64,000 nt of DNA. Source: the human T2T-CHM13v2.0 reference genome, Homo sapiens. The position numbers were made by a program, and so were the translations under genes. Shown here in pieces: positions 42,297-57,157 of the stretch. Under the pieces are notes generated by a model. That model was not told the origin of the DNA, ran no database searches, and saw only the letters and a program-made list of their open reading frames with translations. Within the stretch, counting starts at the first letter, position 1; each line of letters begins with the position of its first letter. Location: NCBI RefSeq assembly GCF_009914755.1, contig NC_060935.1. One strand, written 5' to 3'.

Positions 42297-45200
42297 TGCC
42301 TGAGAGAATTATTTTGTTTTGTGTGTGAACATGGTATGTTTGTTTGTTTGTTTTCTTTTTCTCCATTTCATATATTTTGGTCAACAATCAGGTAATTTTT
42401 TTTAATTTTGGAATGATTAATCCTTGTTGACATATATCTTTGAAGGCCATATAAAAACCAAACTGGTTGAACACTAGCTGCTTCCAGTGGGCCTAAGGCA
42501 TGGGTAGCATATGCTTCTTTATATCTCATCAAATTTTTTTGGCCACCAATATCTACACTACCATCATGTCAGTGATAATTCTACATTTTATCATTTTTTT
42601 TTAATTATGCCTGGCCACTAGTCTCTGAGTAAGAAGAAATTAACCTTTTTCTAGCAAACCACTTTTTTTCCATTTCAATATTTTATTTATTATGGCATCT
42701 TTCTATTGGAGATTATCTTGAGGTTGTATTCATGCTAAGTTTGAAATAACATCTATTTATAAAAGCAATCACAGTCAGAGGAAAAAATGAGCTCTGGTTT
42801 TATAGTGCTTACTCAAGTCACACTCCTGCCTATTTTAAAGGGAGTGTGGTGTAAGTAAGATCTGTAAAATTAGACCCAATGGCAATCCAAAAATGCTTAC
42901 AGATAGACCCCTGAAATGTGGTTAATGAGCAAACCATTACATGTGTGGATTAAGTGAGACTTTCATTCTTATGGAAATATTGGTTAAATCTGCCCTTTTC
43001 ATCCTTTTGGTCCTGGACATAGAAAATTCACATGTTTATGTCCAGGAGGCAGAATTTCCTCTTTTCCTTAAGCAATAAAGGCTGCTGTTGAATTGATGGG
43101 GCTGGATCCCATCAAAAGTGATGATCGACAAATTACTCTGGTCTCAGTGCTGCTTAGGAGAAATGTATACAAAGCACAGATTCAAGAGGAAATCAGAATC
43201 TTTGCCAAAGGACTTAACCAAGAACCTGATCTTAAAAAGTGATGCCTCTGGTAAGCCATTGAAAAGTGAAGGTAATGAGACCTGTACTATTGCCTAGTAC
43301 AAATGAAAGCAATATAAATATTATACTTGTTTTCATTGGTTTCAAAAGGGTAACTGCAATGTGCTTTGATATGTGTGTTGGTTTGGGAAGGGTTGAGAGA
43401 GATATAAGAAACAAACACCAGTAATGGAAAAGGTTGTGTTAAACCAATATATTGTGTTTGCAAGCAACAGTGTAATAATTAGTGAGGGGTTTTATAGTAT
43501 GTCACAAAAAGTACAGCATTAAAAAGAGGTAAAACAAAACTAGCCAGTAAAGACAAATTTGGTTATGGACTGTGGCAATTCTGAAGTCAGACTTATTAAC
43601 ATACATTCCATATGAAATTGAAGAAATGTGCAGGGAGAAAGCCAAACAAATAAATTATCCATAATATATTCTACCCAAAAACAATTTCAACTATTCAGAA
43701 ACTTAAACTGGCATCAGGTTGTTTCATCTTTGAGGGTTTATTTTGTGTGATGCAATATGAAGAATATATAATTTCAATGAGGCCAAGTAGTAAATAAATC
43801 TCTGTTGAAGGCGTGGTTTTTGAGAGCACCTTAGCGTAAATAATTTTTTAAAAATAGGAGGGAAAAATGCAATGGTGATTGATATGTAGATCAGTGTTCA
43901 GACTATTGATTACATTCACTGGATGTCTCTCTTGCACTTAATTAATTCTCTGTGGATATAGCTGCCTTGTCCTCTGTCTTGTGTCTACTGATAAAGTCAA
44001 GCTTCAGGGACTGAATTTGGCCTTCAGTGACGGGTTTGCCTGACTCCCATTAATGGCAAGAGAGTTCCCTCTTAAATGTGCCACTTTGTCAAATCCACAC
44101 TACAGGGATTGTTTGGGGAAAAGCTGAAGGGCTTCATCTGTCCAGAACTGTATAATAATCACCCATTGGCTTCCCCCTCTTTTCCTGTCCTTCCCTGGAC
44201 CTTGTTAATGAGGCAATTGTTAAATTCAGCTTCCTGGATGGAGAGTTTGTTTATGCACTTTGTTTTATATATGCCACAATTTCCTGAGCAAGCTGGCTCC
44301 TGCCTGCCAAAACCGCAGTCATTTTGTCCTGCCTTTGAGAACACTGGAAGGGCACTGAAGGCTGACCAGCATGCACCTCACCCCACCTCCTCTCTGTCTC
44401 ATCCTCAGCCATCTAAGCGGGAGACTCATCAGGCTTAAATTCTCATTCTTATCCAACTAGGATTCTTCTGCTTCAAATGAGGCAAACTAATACAGAGATG
44501 GACTAATAGTCACCTTCTGTATAAATGATTTAGTTTGTAGAAGCAAATTCAAAATAATTGTATTCATCAGAGCAAGGTCGAGAGAACATACCTGTATCAA
44601 AGTCTTTGAAACCTTTCTGTCTTATTCAGTTCTGTAGAGACTTAAGTCTGTTTTCCAAAACAATCTATCTTTTTTTAATCAGGTCTTTAGGTTAATAGTT
44701 CTGGATGTAGTGAGACTTTTGTATTGCCTTGTCATTAACAATGGCTTTCTCACAAACTCTGCTATTCAGATTCATTAGGCAATGTCAGACTTTAAGCAAA
44801 AGAAAACAGTAATCTGTCCTTCTATTTACACTTAAACAGAGAATGCAGACAAATGACTAGTTATGTTCCATTGGTCTAGGGAGTTTTAAATTTCCAGGTC
44901 TTGCTGTATGTTTAAAGTGCTTCAGAAAAATATGTCACAGAAAAGAGGAGAGAGTACGATATATAACCAGAATTGAAAATTAGGACTTGGGTATTTAATG
45001 CAGACTTTAAAACAAATGCAATAAGGATCATCTCAAACAGTAGATCTGTAACTGGACTGAAAAATATCACAGCAATGGTGACTAGCACCTGTCCTTACAG
45101 TAGAGAATGATTTACAGAGCTCTTTACCGTTCAGACTTTATTTCAGACTAGTGTTTGCTGGACATAACACAATTAAATTTAAAACCACTGATCTATCACT

Positions 45201-48200
45201 TACTAATAACAATGGCCAGAAATTGTTGGTTTATTGTATTTTGATATAGATTCTCCAGTTCTCAAGTGACAGAACAATTCCAGGTATATTGATCTGGAAT
45301 CTTTTTTTCACATGCACAGTACAATTTATACTTCTATCAGTGCCATGGTTTTCTTTCTCCTCCCTTTCCCAGTCCCCTTGGCAATCCGAAACAATTGTGA
45401 AAACCTTTCTCTGGTTGAGAAATGTCCAAAGATTGTTTTAAAATATACAGTTTCGATGGCATTGCAATGGAATGTAAAGTTTAGAAGAAAGAGGAAGTAT
45501 ATTTATTTTGACTTTACTCTCAATACTATCAACACTATCAACTTTAATATACAAGTTGATTATAATATAGACATCTACTATACTATAGTATTTATGGTAT
45601 AATAAAGTTGCATACATTACTGTCAAAATACTATCAACTTTGCTACAGTATCCATACTACACTGGTTACTAGACTATTGACTTTACTATGTAATAAATAA
45701 ACCTGTTAAAGGTTCTTTGGAGCGAATCATCATTCGGTTGACATAGATTTACTATTAAGTAGCTGTTAGATGAGAATAACCCTTTTAAAGATATTCATAG
45801 TATCTAGTGTCTGTAAATACCTCCGGACAACAAAGCAGTGAGTCATATCTGAACACTTCCTCTGGCGCTTAGAATGATTTGTATACTTGACCCTAATGTT
45901 TGAAGCCAAGTTAAAAACTCTAGTCACCTATACTTTTATTATTCAACAGTGATAATTCTCATCCAAACTTTGCCTCCTCTAAAGAGGTTTGTGGAACTGT
46001 GTCTAAAGTAAAACAAATGTTCTGTCACTGAAAAAAAATAAAAATAAAAAGATGCTTTAAAAGAAAGCAGTTCCAATAGAACTTGCTTCAGGGGGTGAGA
46101 CCTGGAAAAAATGAGGCCCAGTTGTACTTGGCAATGCCAAATTGCAGGAACCCATGGCAACAGGAACCGATCCATTGAAACCAAGCACATCATGTTTAGG
46201 TTACAACAGGCAACTCAGAGCCCCACAGCAATAGCACGGCAGGGGGAGGAAATACTCAGCATGGGAATTAGAATACCACATCTCTCATTGGACTTTTCCT
46301 TTCAGTATTGAACAAAACTACTGGCCTCATAAGACACTTGGCCTTAGCCTAGATCTACATTGGAGTGAGTAGAGTTCTATGTAGGTCAAATTATTTTTCT
46401 TCCACTTTAGAGAATTTGCTGGGGCAGGTGTATTAAACTTAGTATGCAAATTCATGTGTGAAAAATGTTATTATCCTAAGGAGCTACTTTCACATATAAA
46501 ATTTGTGGGATATATACTTTAGTTCAGGAGTACTTAGAAGGTTTGTGAAGTACTTAGACGGTTTAGGAAAAAGCAGTTTGCTGGATATTTTGTGTGAGAA
46601 TAATATTTTAGTCTTTTTTTGGTATTATAAACAAGTCAACTGATAGTATTTAAAGTAGATACTAGAAAAACGTAAACGTACAGAAATCTAAAGCTGAGTA
46701 CTGAGTATACTTTGGCCTCAAATGAAGAAACTTTTAACATGCGTTGTGGAAATTAGTTGCAGTGGGTTGGTACACAAACACATTTATTTTAACTATTATG
46801 AAAAGAGATATATCTTTGCTTATGAATACCCTTCATTTTTAGTGCCATATTAAAAGATGCTATAGATAACTTATTTTTTGTAATCCCATTATATTTTGAG
46901 ATACAGTCTGTTGGGCTAAGGATTAGACAAACACACACAACAAAAATCATTTGCATCTCTCAACATACACACACAAGCACACATAAATCTTTTCTGAGAT
47001 ATGCTTACAAGAGCTACCTAGTTTGCTATTAAGTATACTGGTGTTTATTGTGTGTACCAAGTATTTTGCATTTACAAACTAAGACATCGCATGGTAAAGG
47101 TATCAATGCCACTTGTGTCCCAGGGAAAAATAATTGCACAATAGAATCTATATACTGCATTCCTCTCTTTCCAGATGTTCACTACACTAGGAAGGATGAA
47201 ACTTACCAGGGCCATTTTGAATTCTAAATTTTTCATTTAAATCCTTCCTATTTAATTAAAAGATAACTAAAATTACAACTCCTCATGAAGAAGGAAACAA
47301 ACGTTGCTTTTTTTCTACATTTCTTTAAGACTCACAAGGCATTATACATGTTTGTGATTCTTCCCATTAGTTAAAAAAAATGCTAAAATGATTTGCCCTC
47401 AATCTTTTGACAGTTCATTCAACAAATGACTCCTGAGTGGGTTCCAACTGAGAATTTATCAGTATTTTTTAAGTCGTTCATTCTTGAGATGCTTTATAGC
47501 AGCCTGAGTAGGTAACACCAAATTGAAAAGTTTCTATATTCAAGGGTTAGCCTTTTGCTCTCCTTACCACTACACTTAGAAGTTGTATTTTAGTAACTTT
47601 CCTGAGAAAATGAGTAATTTTTGGCCATTTTAGTTTCTCCCACTTCAAAGGGGATCAAATTTGACAAGATAAACTGCTACCAAAATGTTTGGCAGTTTAC
47701 TTAGAAGTAACCAAAGTAGATATGAATGCACGAAGCTTCCGTGCTATTCCCTTTCTATTTAATTGGCCTTGATTTCCTCATTCTAAGCATTCTCTGGACC
47801 CATATTTAAATTCTCCCAGAAAGATATTTTTTTTGTTTCTGCTGTGCATACTATAGATTCTGACCATGGTGGCAAAGCTACTCTTCAGCCCTGTCTATAC
47901 TAAATTATTAAAGAAAATATGTCAGATTAATTACTCTCCACTATAGGATCTCAGGTTATAGGATCATGACTTCTATAAAGTGGCTTACATTCAGTTCACG
48001 AGTGGCTCTCAATTTATCTTCAGAACAGCAGCAAAAGTCAAGTGACATATTCGCTATTGTTGTTGTTGTTTGCACATCATTTGTGTTGGCTTCTATTCTC
48101 CAGATTGACGTTCCTAAAGGAAAGAGTGCCAGGAAGAAGGCACCCTAGGTGGCCTCAGCACAGGCTGAGCAGAAGGAGGAACCATTACCTTCTTCTGAGA

Positions 48201-48350
48201 GACCTTAACTCTTACATTCACTCTTACAACAGGCCAAGAAGAGAAGCATTAAAATCACACCGCAGTGGATTCCTCCCCTTATGATCCCAGGGCCCTCTTA
48301 GCTGACAGCGTGGTGGTAGAGTACAGAAGGACTGAAGAACAGAGGAAGGC

Positions 48351-48666
48351 ACTGGGCACAGTGGCTCACTCTTGTAATCCCAGCACTTTGGGAGGCTGAG
48401 GCGGGCAGATCAGTTAAGGTCAGGAGTTCGAGACCAGCTTGGGCAACATGGCGAAACCCTGACTCTACAAAAAATACAAAAATTAGCCAGGCATGGTGGT
48501 GCACCTATAGTCCCAGCTACTCGGGAGCTGAGGCAGGAGAATCACTTGAATCCAGGAGGTGGAGGTTGCAGTGAGCCAAGATTGCACCACTGCACTCCAG
48601 CCTGGGCAACACAAGATCCAGCCTGAGCAACAGAGAAAGACCCTGTCTCAAAAAAATAAAAATAAA
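48351..48666 (+). mobile_element. AluS with duplicated 3' segment
   Basis: tccagcctgggcaacacaaga-tccagcctgagcaacagaga; degenerate TSD aagaacagaggaagg / aagaatagagggagg. Confidence 0.9.
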
Positions 48667-51600
48667 GAATAGAGGGAGGAAGTAGCTCTTTATATTTGCA
48701 ATAGGTAGACGTGGAGAATATTTTAGACAAACACATGCAGGCACACAACACAGAGCTTTGGAGGGAGTTATGGTAATCAGGTTTACCATAAAAATCCAAA
48801 ATGCCTATAATACAATACTATAAATAGCTCACTTTATTGTGGATATATAATCTACCCTTCAGTGAAGAATTGTATATGATGCTGCTTTAATGCAGTTTTA
48901 TGCTAATGATAAACATTTACTTGGTACATCATAAGTAAATAATGGTTTTCTGCAAAACTGAAAATGTACTCCTTTGTTTCAGCACAGCATATGGGAAAGC
49001 ACTCATCCACAACTTTAGGTGTCATTAGCTTCCTTTTGTCTCTAAAGATAGCATCAATCAAGATGGGGCTACTTTACGATTCACATTTAATTTAAAAAAA
49101 AGATAAAATAGTTTGGTAGTCATTTAGAATGAGCTGGAGAATAGCAATGACTCTGGTTTAGAATTATATTCTATTTTAATTTCACTAAAAATTAAAAACT
49201 GTAGCTCATTTATTTTAACATTTGTTCCTCTCCAAAATAATCAATCACTTAACTCTGTTTTCAAAATGAAATAACATACATCTGAGATAACTGACACAAA
49301 TATACAGTATCGTACACCACCTGACAACATCAGAATAGAAAATTGCCATTCAGCTCTTCAAAAAACCTAACCCTAGTCCTGAGCCTTCTCAGAAACAAGC
49401 ATTATGTTGGTTATGAGAAGATTTTGTAAATAATTTTTATATTAACAGAAGTTAGAAATATTGTGAAAATATTGTTTATCCTCCCTAGCATCAAAAAAGT
49501 CTTTTTTTATGATTGAATGTAGTTTCTTTTAAATGAACAAATTTCATACTTCATGAAAATCTAAAAATATTTGTTAACAGATGTCTACAGAATGAAATAT
49601 ACTTTCAAAAACTTTGTGAAGCCATTTTAATATACACCTTTAACATCACACAATTCAAAAATAAAGAAAATTTAAAGACACAACAACATCCCTAGTTCTA
49701 ACTCCACCTTTCAATGTACACAATGCTGAAGCATTAGAGAAAACTATCATTTTAAATACCATCAACCACACAAAGTCGTATTATATCCTGTTGAAGTAAA
49801 CTAGATTTTATTGAGCTTTCTTTAATTTTTTTTTAATTCTGGTGTACTCAATGAAGAAATTGACCCACAGATAAGTTTCTACAGAAATGTTAAAAATTCA
49901 ATCTGTTTTCTTTAAGTGCTAAATATTTGGGAGTTAGCCAGAATAAGAATTCAATTGGAGTCAATCAAACAAATGTGACACAAACAGCTTCTGACTTTCA
50001 AAGGCAATATGAGAGTATATAGCCCCCTTTCTGTTGTTGCTTCACTACACAGAGGCCTATATAAAAACTGGCAAGAGCTACCAACAGGGCCTCTGCTGTT
50101 ATAGAAGAGTGATTGTTTTGTATTTGGTCCTGATAGATAAGCGGCCTCTGAATATTTCATTTTGTAATAATAACAGGCCAAAATCCTATTAGTAACTAAG
50201 AAAAGACATCATCAGCTCCCTAGTCCCTAAATTCTCATCTTTTCAGGCATTTGCAACTAGAACCACAAAAAATCATAAAAGCATTATCAGCAAGTATACC
50301 TATTTTGCATTGCTAGTGCCTTTAGCATAAAAAGTAAATTTTTTTCTTAAAAAGCATGAGGAAATTTAAAATGAAACCGTGTATCCAGAGTCCTAAAACA
50401 GTCCCCTAACCTTTGGCTTATATCTGAAGCTAGTCAGAGGTAAATAGAATTGAATAGGACCCAGGAAAAGTTGACTTCAGATTGTCTCCCAGAGGAAAAA
50501 TGGCACAGGACTAAAACAAAAAAAACAGTTCATTTCTACTAAGTGATACAGTAATAATACTGTATAAGCCATAGAATTAGTTAAATACATCATTTAATTT
50601 TCTTTCCAAATTGTCCACTTTTAAAAGATTATGCTTAAATTTGGCTCATATAAACACCAAAAATTACAGAGCAGCATATTTAAGTGAAACAATAATAGTA
50701 CAGTTCAGCATTATAGTTTTTGAACCACTTCCACATATATATATATTTTTCACATGGTATGTTAAACCCTCTTATGATGTCGTTTTATTATAGAGGAAGG
50801 AACTGTATAATACACTTACGGTGACTTGCCCACAGTCCTACAGCTAAGACTAGAAATGAGATCTTCTGACAATCTCCGGTGCTCTTAAGGGAAGAGAACA
50901 AAAAATGACTTTTTAGTATAAACATAGATTCACTCTGAAAACTTACTAAACAGTTTTTGTGATGCTTTCATGCTGCAGTTTTGGCAACACATAAATTCAA
51001 GGCATATTGAAAATATCCACATAGAGTTCAACTTCCATAAATTTTAGCTTATTTTAAAAACTAGATAAACTCTCACTGAGTTGAAAAAATTATGTAGCTT
51101 TCAGGTCAACACAAAGAAAGATTTTACAATTAAAACTGCTTCCCAAAAATGGGGGGAAATTGGCTTATGATCCCTGACATCCAACTTATTCAAGTAAAAG
51201 TAGAAGAGATTCTCACATCTCCTGGACAGGAAACAGTGATGTTGACATCTCTATTTCCTTCCCACTTTGAGAGTCTGAGATTCTGAGTCTTACCCTAGGC
51301 TCTCTTTAGGAAAACAACAAAATTCTCATACCTCTTTGAAGTTGCAGACACTTAATAAGACGGAGAAAAAATTCACCCTCAGAACTTCTATAAAAGCTCA
51401 GCTGGTTTTGGAATTTAAGTAAGTCACTTCTTTACTAAATAGCTGCTTTTATTGCAGCATATCTTCGTTGTGAAATGGAAAACTATTTAAGGAAAGCACT
51501 CCTCTGTAAGAAACAACATAGCAAGAAATAAATGCAGGTCTTGTATGCCTGTAAAAACAGACATTCAAAATTGTATGCTGACATCAAATGTTTGGCACGG

Positions 51601-53729
51601 TACAAATCTGACAAAATTCATTAGATTATATAAAAGGAGGAATAAAACAGCAAAAGTGAAGCACAGGCCTATAAAAGGACTTGTTTTGATTTTTTTAGAA
51701 CAAAACTTCTATTTCCATATCTAGGTATGATTTTAAAAATTGATCCACATAATGTGGTAGCCTGTGGTGTTTCAATATGAAATACTTGAGAAGGTGATTA
51801 CTAAGGGCATCGTAACAACCTTAACAACTTCAGCACTACCTAATTTCTTTTTCATTTTTCTCCTCATCACAAATAGCATTCACTTTACGCCCTGAAGCAT
51901 GAAGACTTCACAGCCACTGTAATTTTACCCAATCCAGGCAGTATACCTATAGTTATTCTTATTCATAGATTCCCAGATCATTTCTAAATATAAAGATATT
52001 GTCTTCAAAACTCTGTCATATAAGTGACTACCATGGATGAAATAGGTGTTTCATAAAATACAGTTTACTTTTTCCCCCCATTTTAAGCACAGCTTTACCA
52101 TCTCTGCAGGTATTTGTTTCAGAAAAACAGGAAATGCTCTCTCTCTCTCTATATATATATAGGAATTTATAATGTTTCATAGATAAAAGGGCTGGTTTGT
52201 CAAAATAGCCATTTTTAGAATATTTATTAAAAACAATGAATGAAGTTAGAGTACCAAGGAAGAACACAAAGGAAACCACATATATTATAGTTGGAGGAAT
52301 TATATCATGTCATATTTATATCATCCAACTTTACAACGATTAAAGTTCACAGGATAAATCTAATACTAAATAAATGGTAATAGTAGTAGATGGAGACAAG
52401 ATATCATTGTATAACATAGAATCTGTCATAAAGTGTTTTTTCCCTGCACATTTTCATAATGGCTGTTAGAATAATGATTACAACATCCCTCATTTTGATG
52501 TCTCTGGAATATACTTTGACAAACTGAGGTTCCAAAGTACATCCATTATCTCACCTGATGTCATTTTACTTGATGAAGAATTTTAATAAGTTACCCAAAG
52601 TTAAATAACAATAGCACATGATCTTGTATGGGTTCAGGCTCATTCTTGGTCTCCACTCTCCTTCATGTCTCACAGAATTCAATCAATTGTCTGGTATTTG
52701 TTTTTTTATGGGAGCCAATCACCCACCATCTCTGAAATTATGCCAAAGGGTAACTAGGACCTGATTCTAAGCTCTGTTAATTAGACAGTAGCCTCAACAG
52801 AGATAAAGTAATTCAAATAAGAAAACACCATATCAGAGACTACATAAATGGAAAAAAAAAAGGAAATAAAAATTTAATAACTACTATGTAGCACACCCAT
52901 ATATACTGGAATTTGATCCCCCTAACTCCTTGTAGTTGTTGCTTTTATCTTCATCTGGACAGATGCTGCTGCTGCAACTCGGGTTAAATAGCTGATGAGT
53001 GACAGAAGTGGAACTGGAGCCCATTACTGCCTAGGTCCCAAGCCCATGAGCCTCTCACTATGTTGCCTTGTTTCTCTCCAAATTCACAGAATCCTACTTA
53101 GAGACAAATTAAGAAAAAAAAAATCTCATCTTTATTCATCCTGCCATTTCCCATTGTGAAAAAATACAAGCACATAGTGTCTGATAATATCCATTTCTCA
53201 GATGTTTTTCTAGCTCTCCCAGCTAATGACCATTTAATTCCTTTTTTATTTTCACAATAATTATTGTTCATATCAGATTTAGTATTGCTTCAATCATGGT
53301 GCTGCTTGTAGCACTATCATTTTACTCTCAAAAAACAAAAGAAGGTCAGGGAGATGAGCTGAGAACACCCCAGCATACCCCTTCTTCCTAAGGAACTCCA
53401 GGTGCCCACCATGATGCACCCTCCATTATTCACTCCAGCTGAAAAAATTACCCAAGCAATGCCCTTCTGTGAACTCCTACTCTAAGCCAATCTTCAAGGT
53501 ATTAGAGCTCTCTGGCAAGACAGACTGAAGGGCAGACAATATTTTTTTCCTCTTCCCCTTTGGCTTAATTCTTAAAATGGGTTTTAAATTCAATTCAGTG
53601 AAAGCCCCAGTATATCAGACATTTGGTAGTGTCTTGTGAGACCTGAGGAAAGGGTTGACCAGAACTGAACTTGACTTTAATACAAGACCATGTTCTATTA
53701 TTGTTTAACTTTGGGTATTTCTCCCCTAG

Positions 53730-53768
53730 GAGGAGGACAGAGGAGAACTAACCAGCTCCAGGACCAAG
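53730..53768 (+). other. GRIA4: Candidate 39-nt cassette microexon with in-frame stop (poison exon)
   Basis: Branch-like TTAAC (A 53708), tatttctcccctag acceptor, purine-rich body, AAG|gtaaga donor; reads (R)RRTEEN-TAA after the phase-2 donor at 42236. Confidence 0.6.
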
Positions 53769-54567
53769 GTAAGAGGGGAGTTTTCTTTCAAAAGAATGGC
53801 TTCCATCCATTTGAAGGAAACCCCTCCCCCACCTGTTTTTTAATCCCTTTTTCTTTATACATTTATATTTTTTAACCCACCAGCATAAGGAAACCAGCTT
53901 GCCACTTGTGCGTAATAGTTATTTGAACATTCACTTACAAATGGTATAGCAGGAAAAAATAAAAACTTTCACACAAGTCATATCAGTTATATGCTAATGC
54001 ATTTATGTTTTCTATCTTCATTAAATATTAGTACTAGTCTTCCATTAAGGCTTAGATACTTGCATAGGCCTTAGAAAATTTTTATCAGCTGTTAATTTCT
54101 CTATTTGTAAAATATACATAGTTACTATCAGCCAAACAATAGTGCTCACAAAAATATCAAAACTAAAATCCAAAGCATTTTTATACAGAAATATATCATT
54201 AAGAAAAAAATAATAAAATTAACCACTAATATCATTTTAATGATATATATTTGGAAATATGATCAGTCTGGACTTTTGGGTTGAAGCTATACAAACTTAG
54301 TGAGATTTTTAAGGTGCCATAGGAAAACTGTGGTTAGAAAAATAGGAGGAAAGGGAGGAAATATTGTGTTGAGCATCATCTCTCCATGCTTATACACCCT
54401 CTTCCCAGGCCTCTTGTGTATTTCTTTTAATGGTTTTCACTATAACCTCTCACTTTTTGTGTTGTTGTCCATAGAAATCATTAGTATTTCCTGACTTTGG
54501 TATTCTCTTTCAAATTGGTCTTTCCATAGAGGAAAACCAAGAGGAGAAACAAGTGAAAGAATTTAAA

Positions 54568-54870
<303 letters not shown>

Positions 54871-56827
54871 CTAAATTAAAAAATAAATTTAAAAATCTAA
54901 AAGTTGAGCTCGAAAAAGAAAAATAGACCATAGGGATTATGAAAGGCACCAGCTTCTAGATCCTATTCAGCAATAATTATCTGTTATCATTTTCCTCCAA
55001 AGAAGCTAGATCTTGTGTGACTCAAGTAGATTTTAGGAAAGTTTTAAGATCAGGTAACAGGGACACTTGGGACTCAAGAAGAAGAAAATTTTAGGAAGGG
55101 AGAAAAAAATGTACCAAAAAAATGAGAATTCAGGCAATTTGTTGCCAAAAAATAGTCATCGTCTTCCAGTAATACAGGTCTACCATTTTGTTACAAACGT
55201 GTTTAGAAGCCTTGCAAATCCTTAAAGTTGGATTGTTAGAGCATGTAATGAAAGAAAATCCTTTCCAAAGGATACATTTTTGTTAGAGGTTATTGTTTTC
55301 TGAGCAGGAACAATAGTGGCTATGTGATTAGGAACTTACATGAAAAGACTCATTCAAACTAAGTAATTCATTTTAACATCAAAACATAATATCTATTTAT
55401 GTAGATAAATATATTATAATGGTCATCAAATCCAGAAACTTAAGCATTAAACTTTTAGCTCATGGCATATTTTGTTGACTGATTGTCTGATATAACCTAA
55501 TTTTGACTTTCTCTCTCACTGACTTCTTTAATGAAAAGTACAGGATATATTTGAATCACATTATTTATTCTTAATTTATTTATCCTGAATTTTAAGATGC
55601 CAGGCATACGGACTCTCCACTGAAGCAGTCATACAAAAGAAGGAAATTGTCACAACATTGTTAGTGAGCTCTTTATGTGTTAGAATTTGATGTTTACATG
55701 GACATTTGTTATATCAGGAAGATTTGTTGTACTTTGAATTCTTATAAAATACTTCATAGAAATCTCACTCAGGGAAACAATTGGTGGGAGTTCTACAGTG
55801 ACTTAGCTCTTTTGGATAACAGAGCATTGAAATGACAGCACCACTTCTCTGTTTTGTTGCTTAGTAAAGTGAAAAGCATTGATTTATATACTTGCATTCA
55901 ATTTATTAAGTATATTTAAAATAGTTCATGAAAGTGTCCAAACTAATAGCTTAAGATACCCAACTTCTGACAAGTAGCAAATAACTGAATGACTATGTAA
56001 TATGTGTAATATGTTCCAGTATTAACACCAATAGAAGCAAATGTAGGTGAGACTATTTTAAGAATTTAAATTTTTTGTCACTTTTTAAAATTTGAATTGT
56101 TTAAACAGTGGGTGTTAGAATATATTTCTATTTTGAAATATGACTATAAGCCCTGTTGCTTTCAAAATAAGCAGCTTTGTATCTTCACTTAGAATCTCAT
56201 AAACTTAAAATATTTACAGACTCATGGATTCAGAATTCTTAGGCTTCAACTATTTTCAGAGAGTAACAGAAAAGCTACAAATTCTCACAGATGTGAGCCC
56301 CCATGTATCTGAACTTTGAATAAAAAGCTCAGCTTCCTTTCATTAGCTTGTAATCTCTGTTTCTATAAGAAGCACTCTTAGTTTGTAATCCCTATTTCTA
56401 TAAGCAGCACTGTTTTTACTCAAGTGTCTTCTCTACTTTGTGTTGCTCATCAGCCTAAACAAAATTCAGGCCAAAAGCTCTGGTAGGTTAAGCAAGATCA
56501 ATTAAAACACATTTTAAGTGATAAGAGCAACATCCAAATACTGACCTCCTGCTAAGGAACCTGAAATCTTAAATGAAAGAAGAAAGTTGGAACTTTTTAT
56601 TTTTAAATTTTTACTCTCAAGAATTTAATGGAAAATTTATAGTCTTTGTATGTGAAGTTTAAATAGATACATGTGGTGAGTTAAATACATATTAAAATAT
56701 GCAGTGAAATAAATCTCAAACCACAGTTGACACTTAATATCTGTTGGTAATAAATGTAATTTTTAATTTTTAAAATAAAAATAAATTATATTATTCTAAG
56801 AAGTAAATTTAGTAACAGAATAATTTT

Positions 56828-57157
56828 TCTTTCTTTCTTTCTTTTCTTTTCTTTTCTTTTTGTTTTTTTTTTTTTTTTTTTTGAGATGGAGTCTTGCTTT
56901 GTTGCCAGGCAGGAGTGCAGTGACTGCAGTGATGTGATCTTGGCTCACTGCAACCTCCGCCTCCCGGGTGCAAGCGACTCTCCTGCCTCAGCCTCCTGAG
57001 TAGCTGGGACTACAGGTGTCTGCCACCACACTGAGCTAAATTTTTGTATTTTTAGTAGAGTACTGGCCAGGATGGTCTCGATCTCTTGACCTCATGATCC
57101 GCCCACCTCGGCCTCCGTAAGTGCTGAGATGACAGGCATGAGCCACCACGCCTGGCC
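56828..57157 (-). mobile_element. AluS (AluSc-like)
   Basis: Long T/CT tail; gttgccaggc, gatctcttgacctc; TSD AACAGAATAATTTT at 56814 and 57158. Confidence 0.9.
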
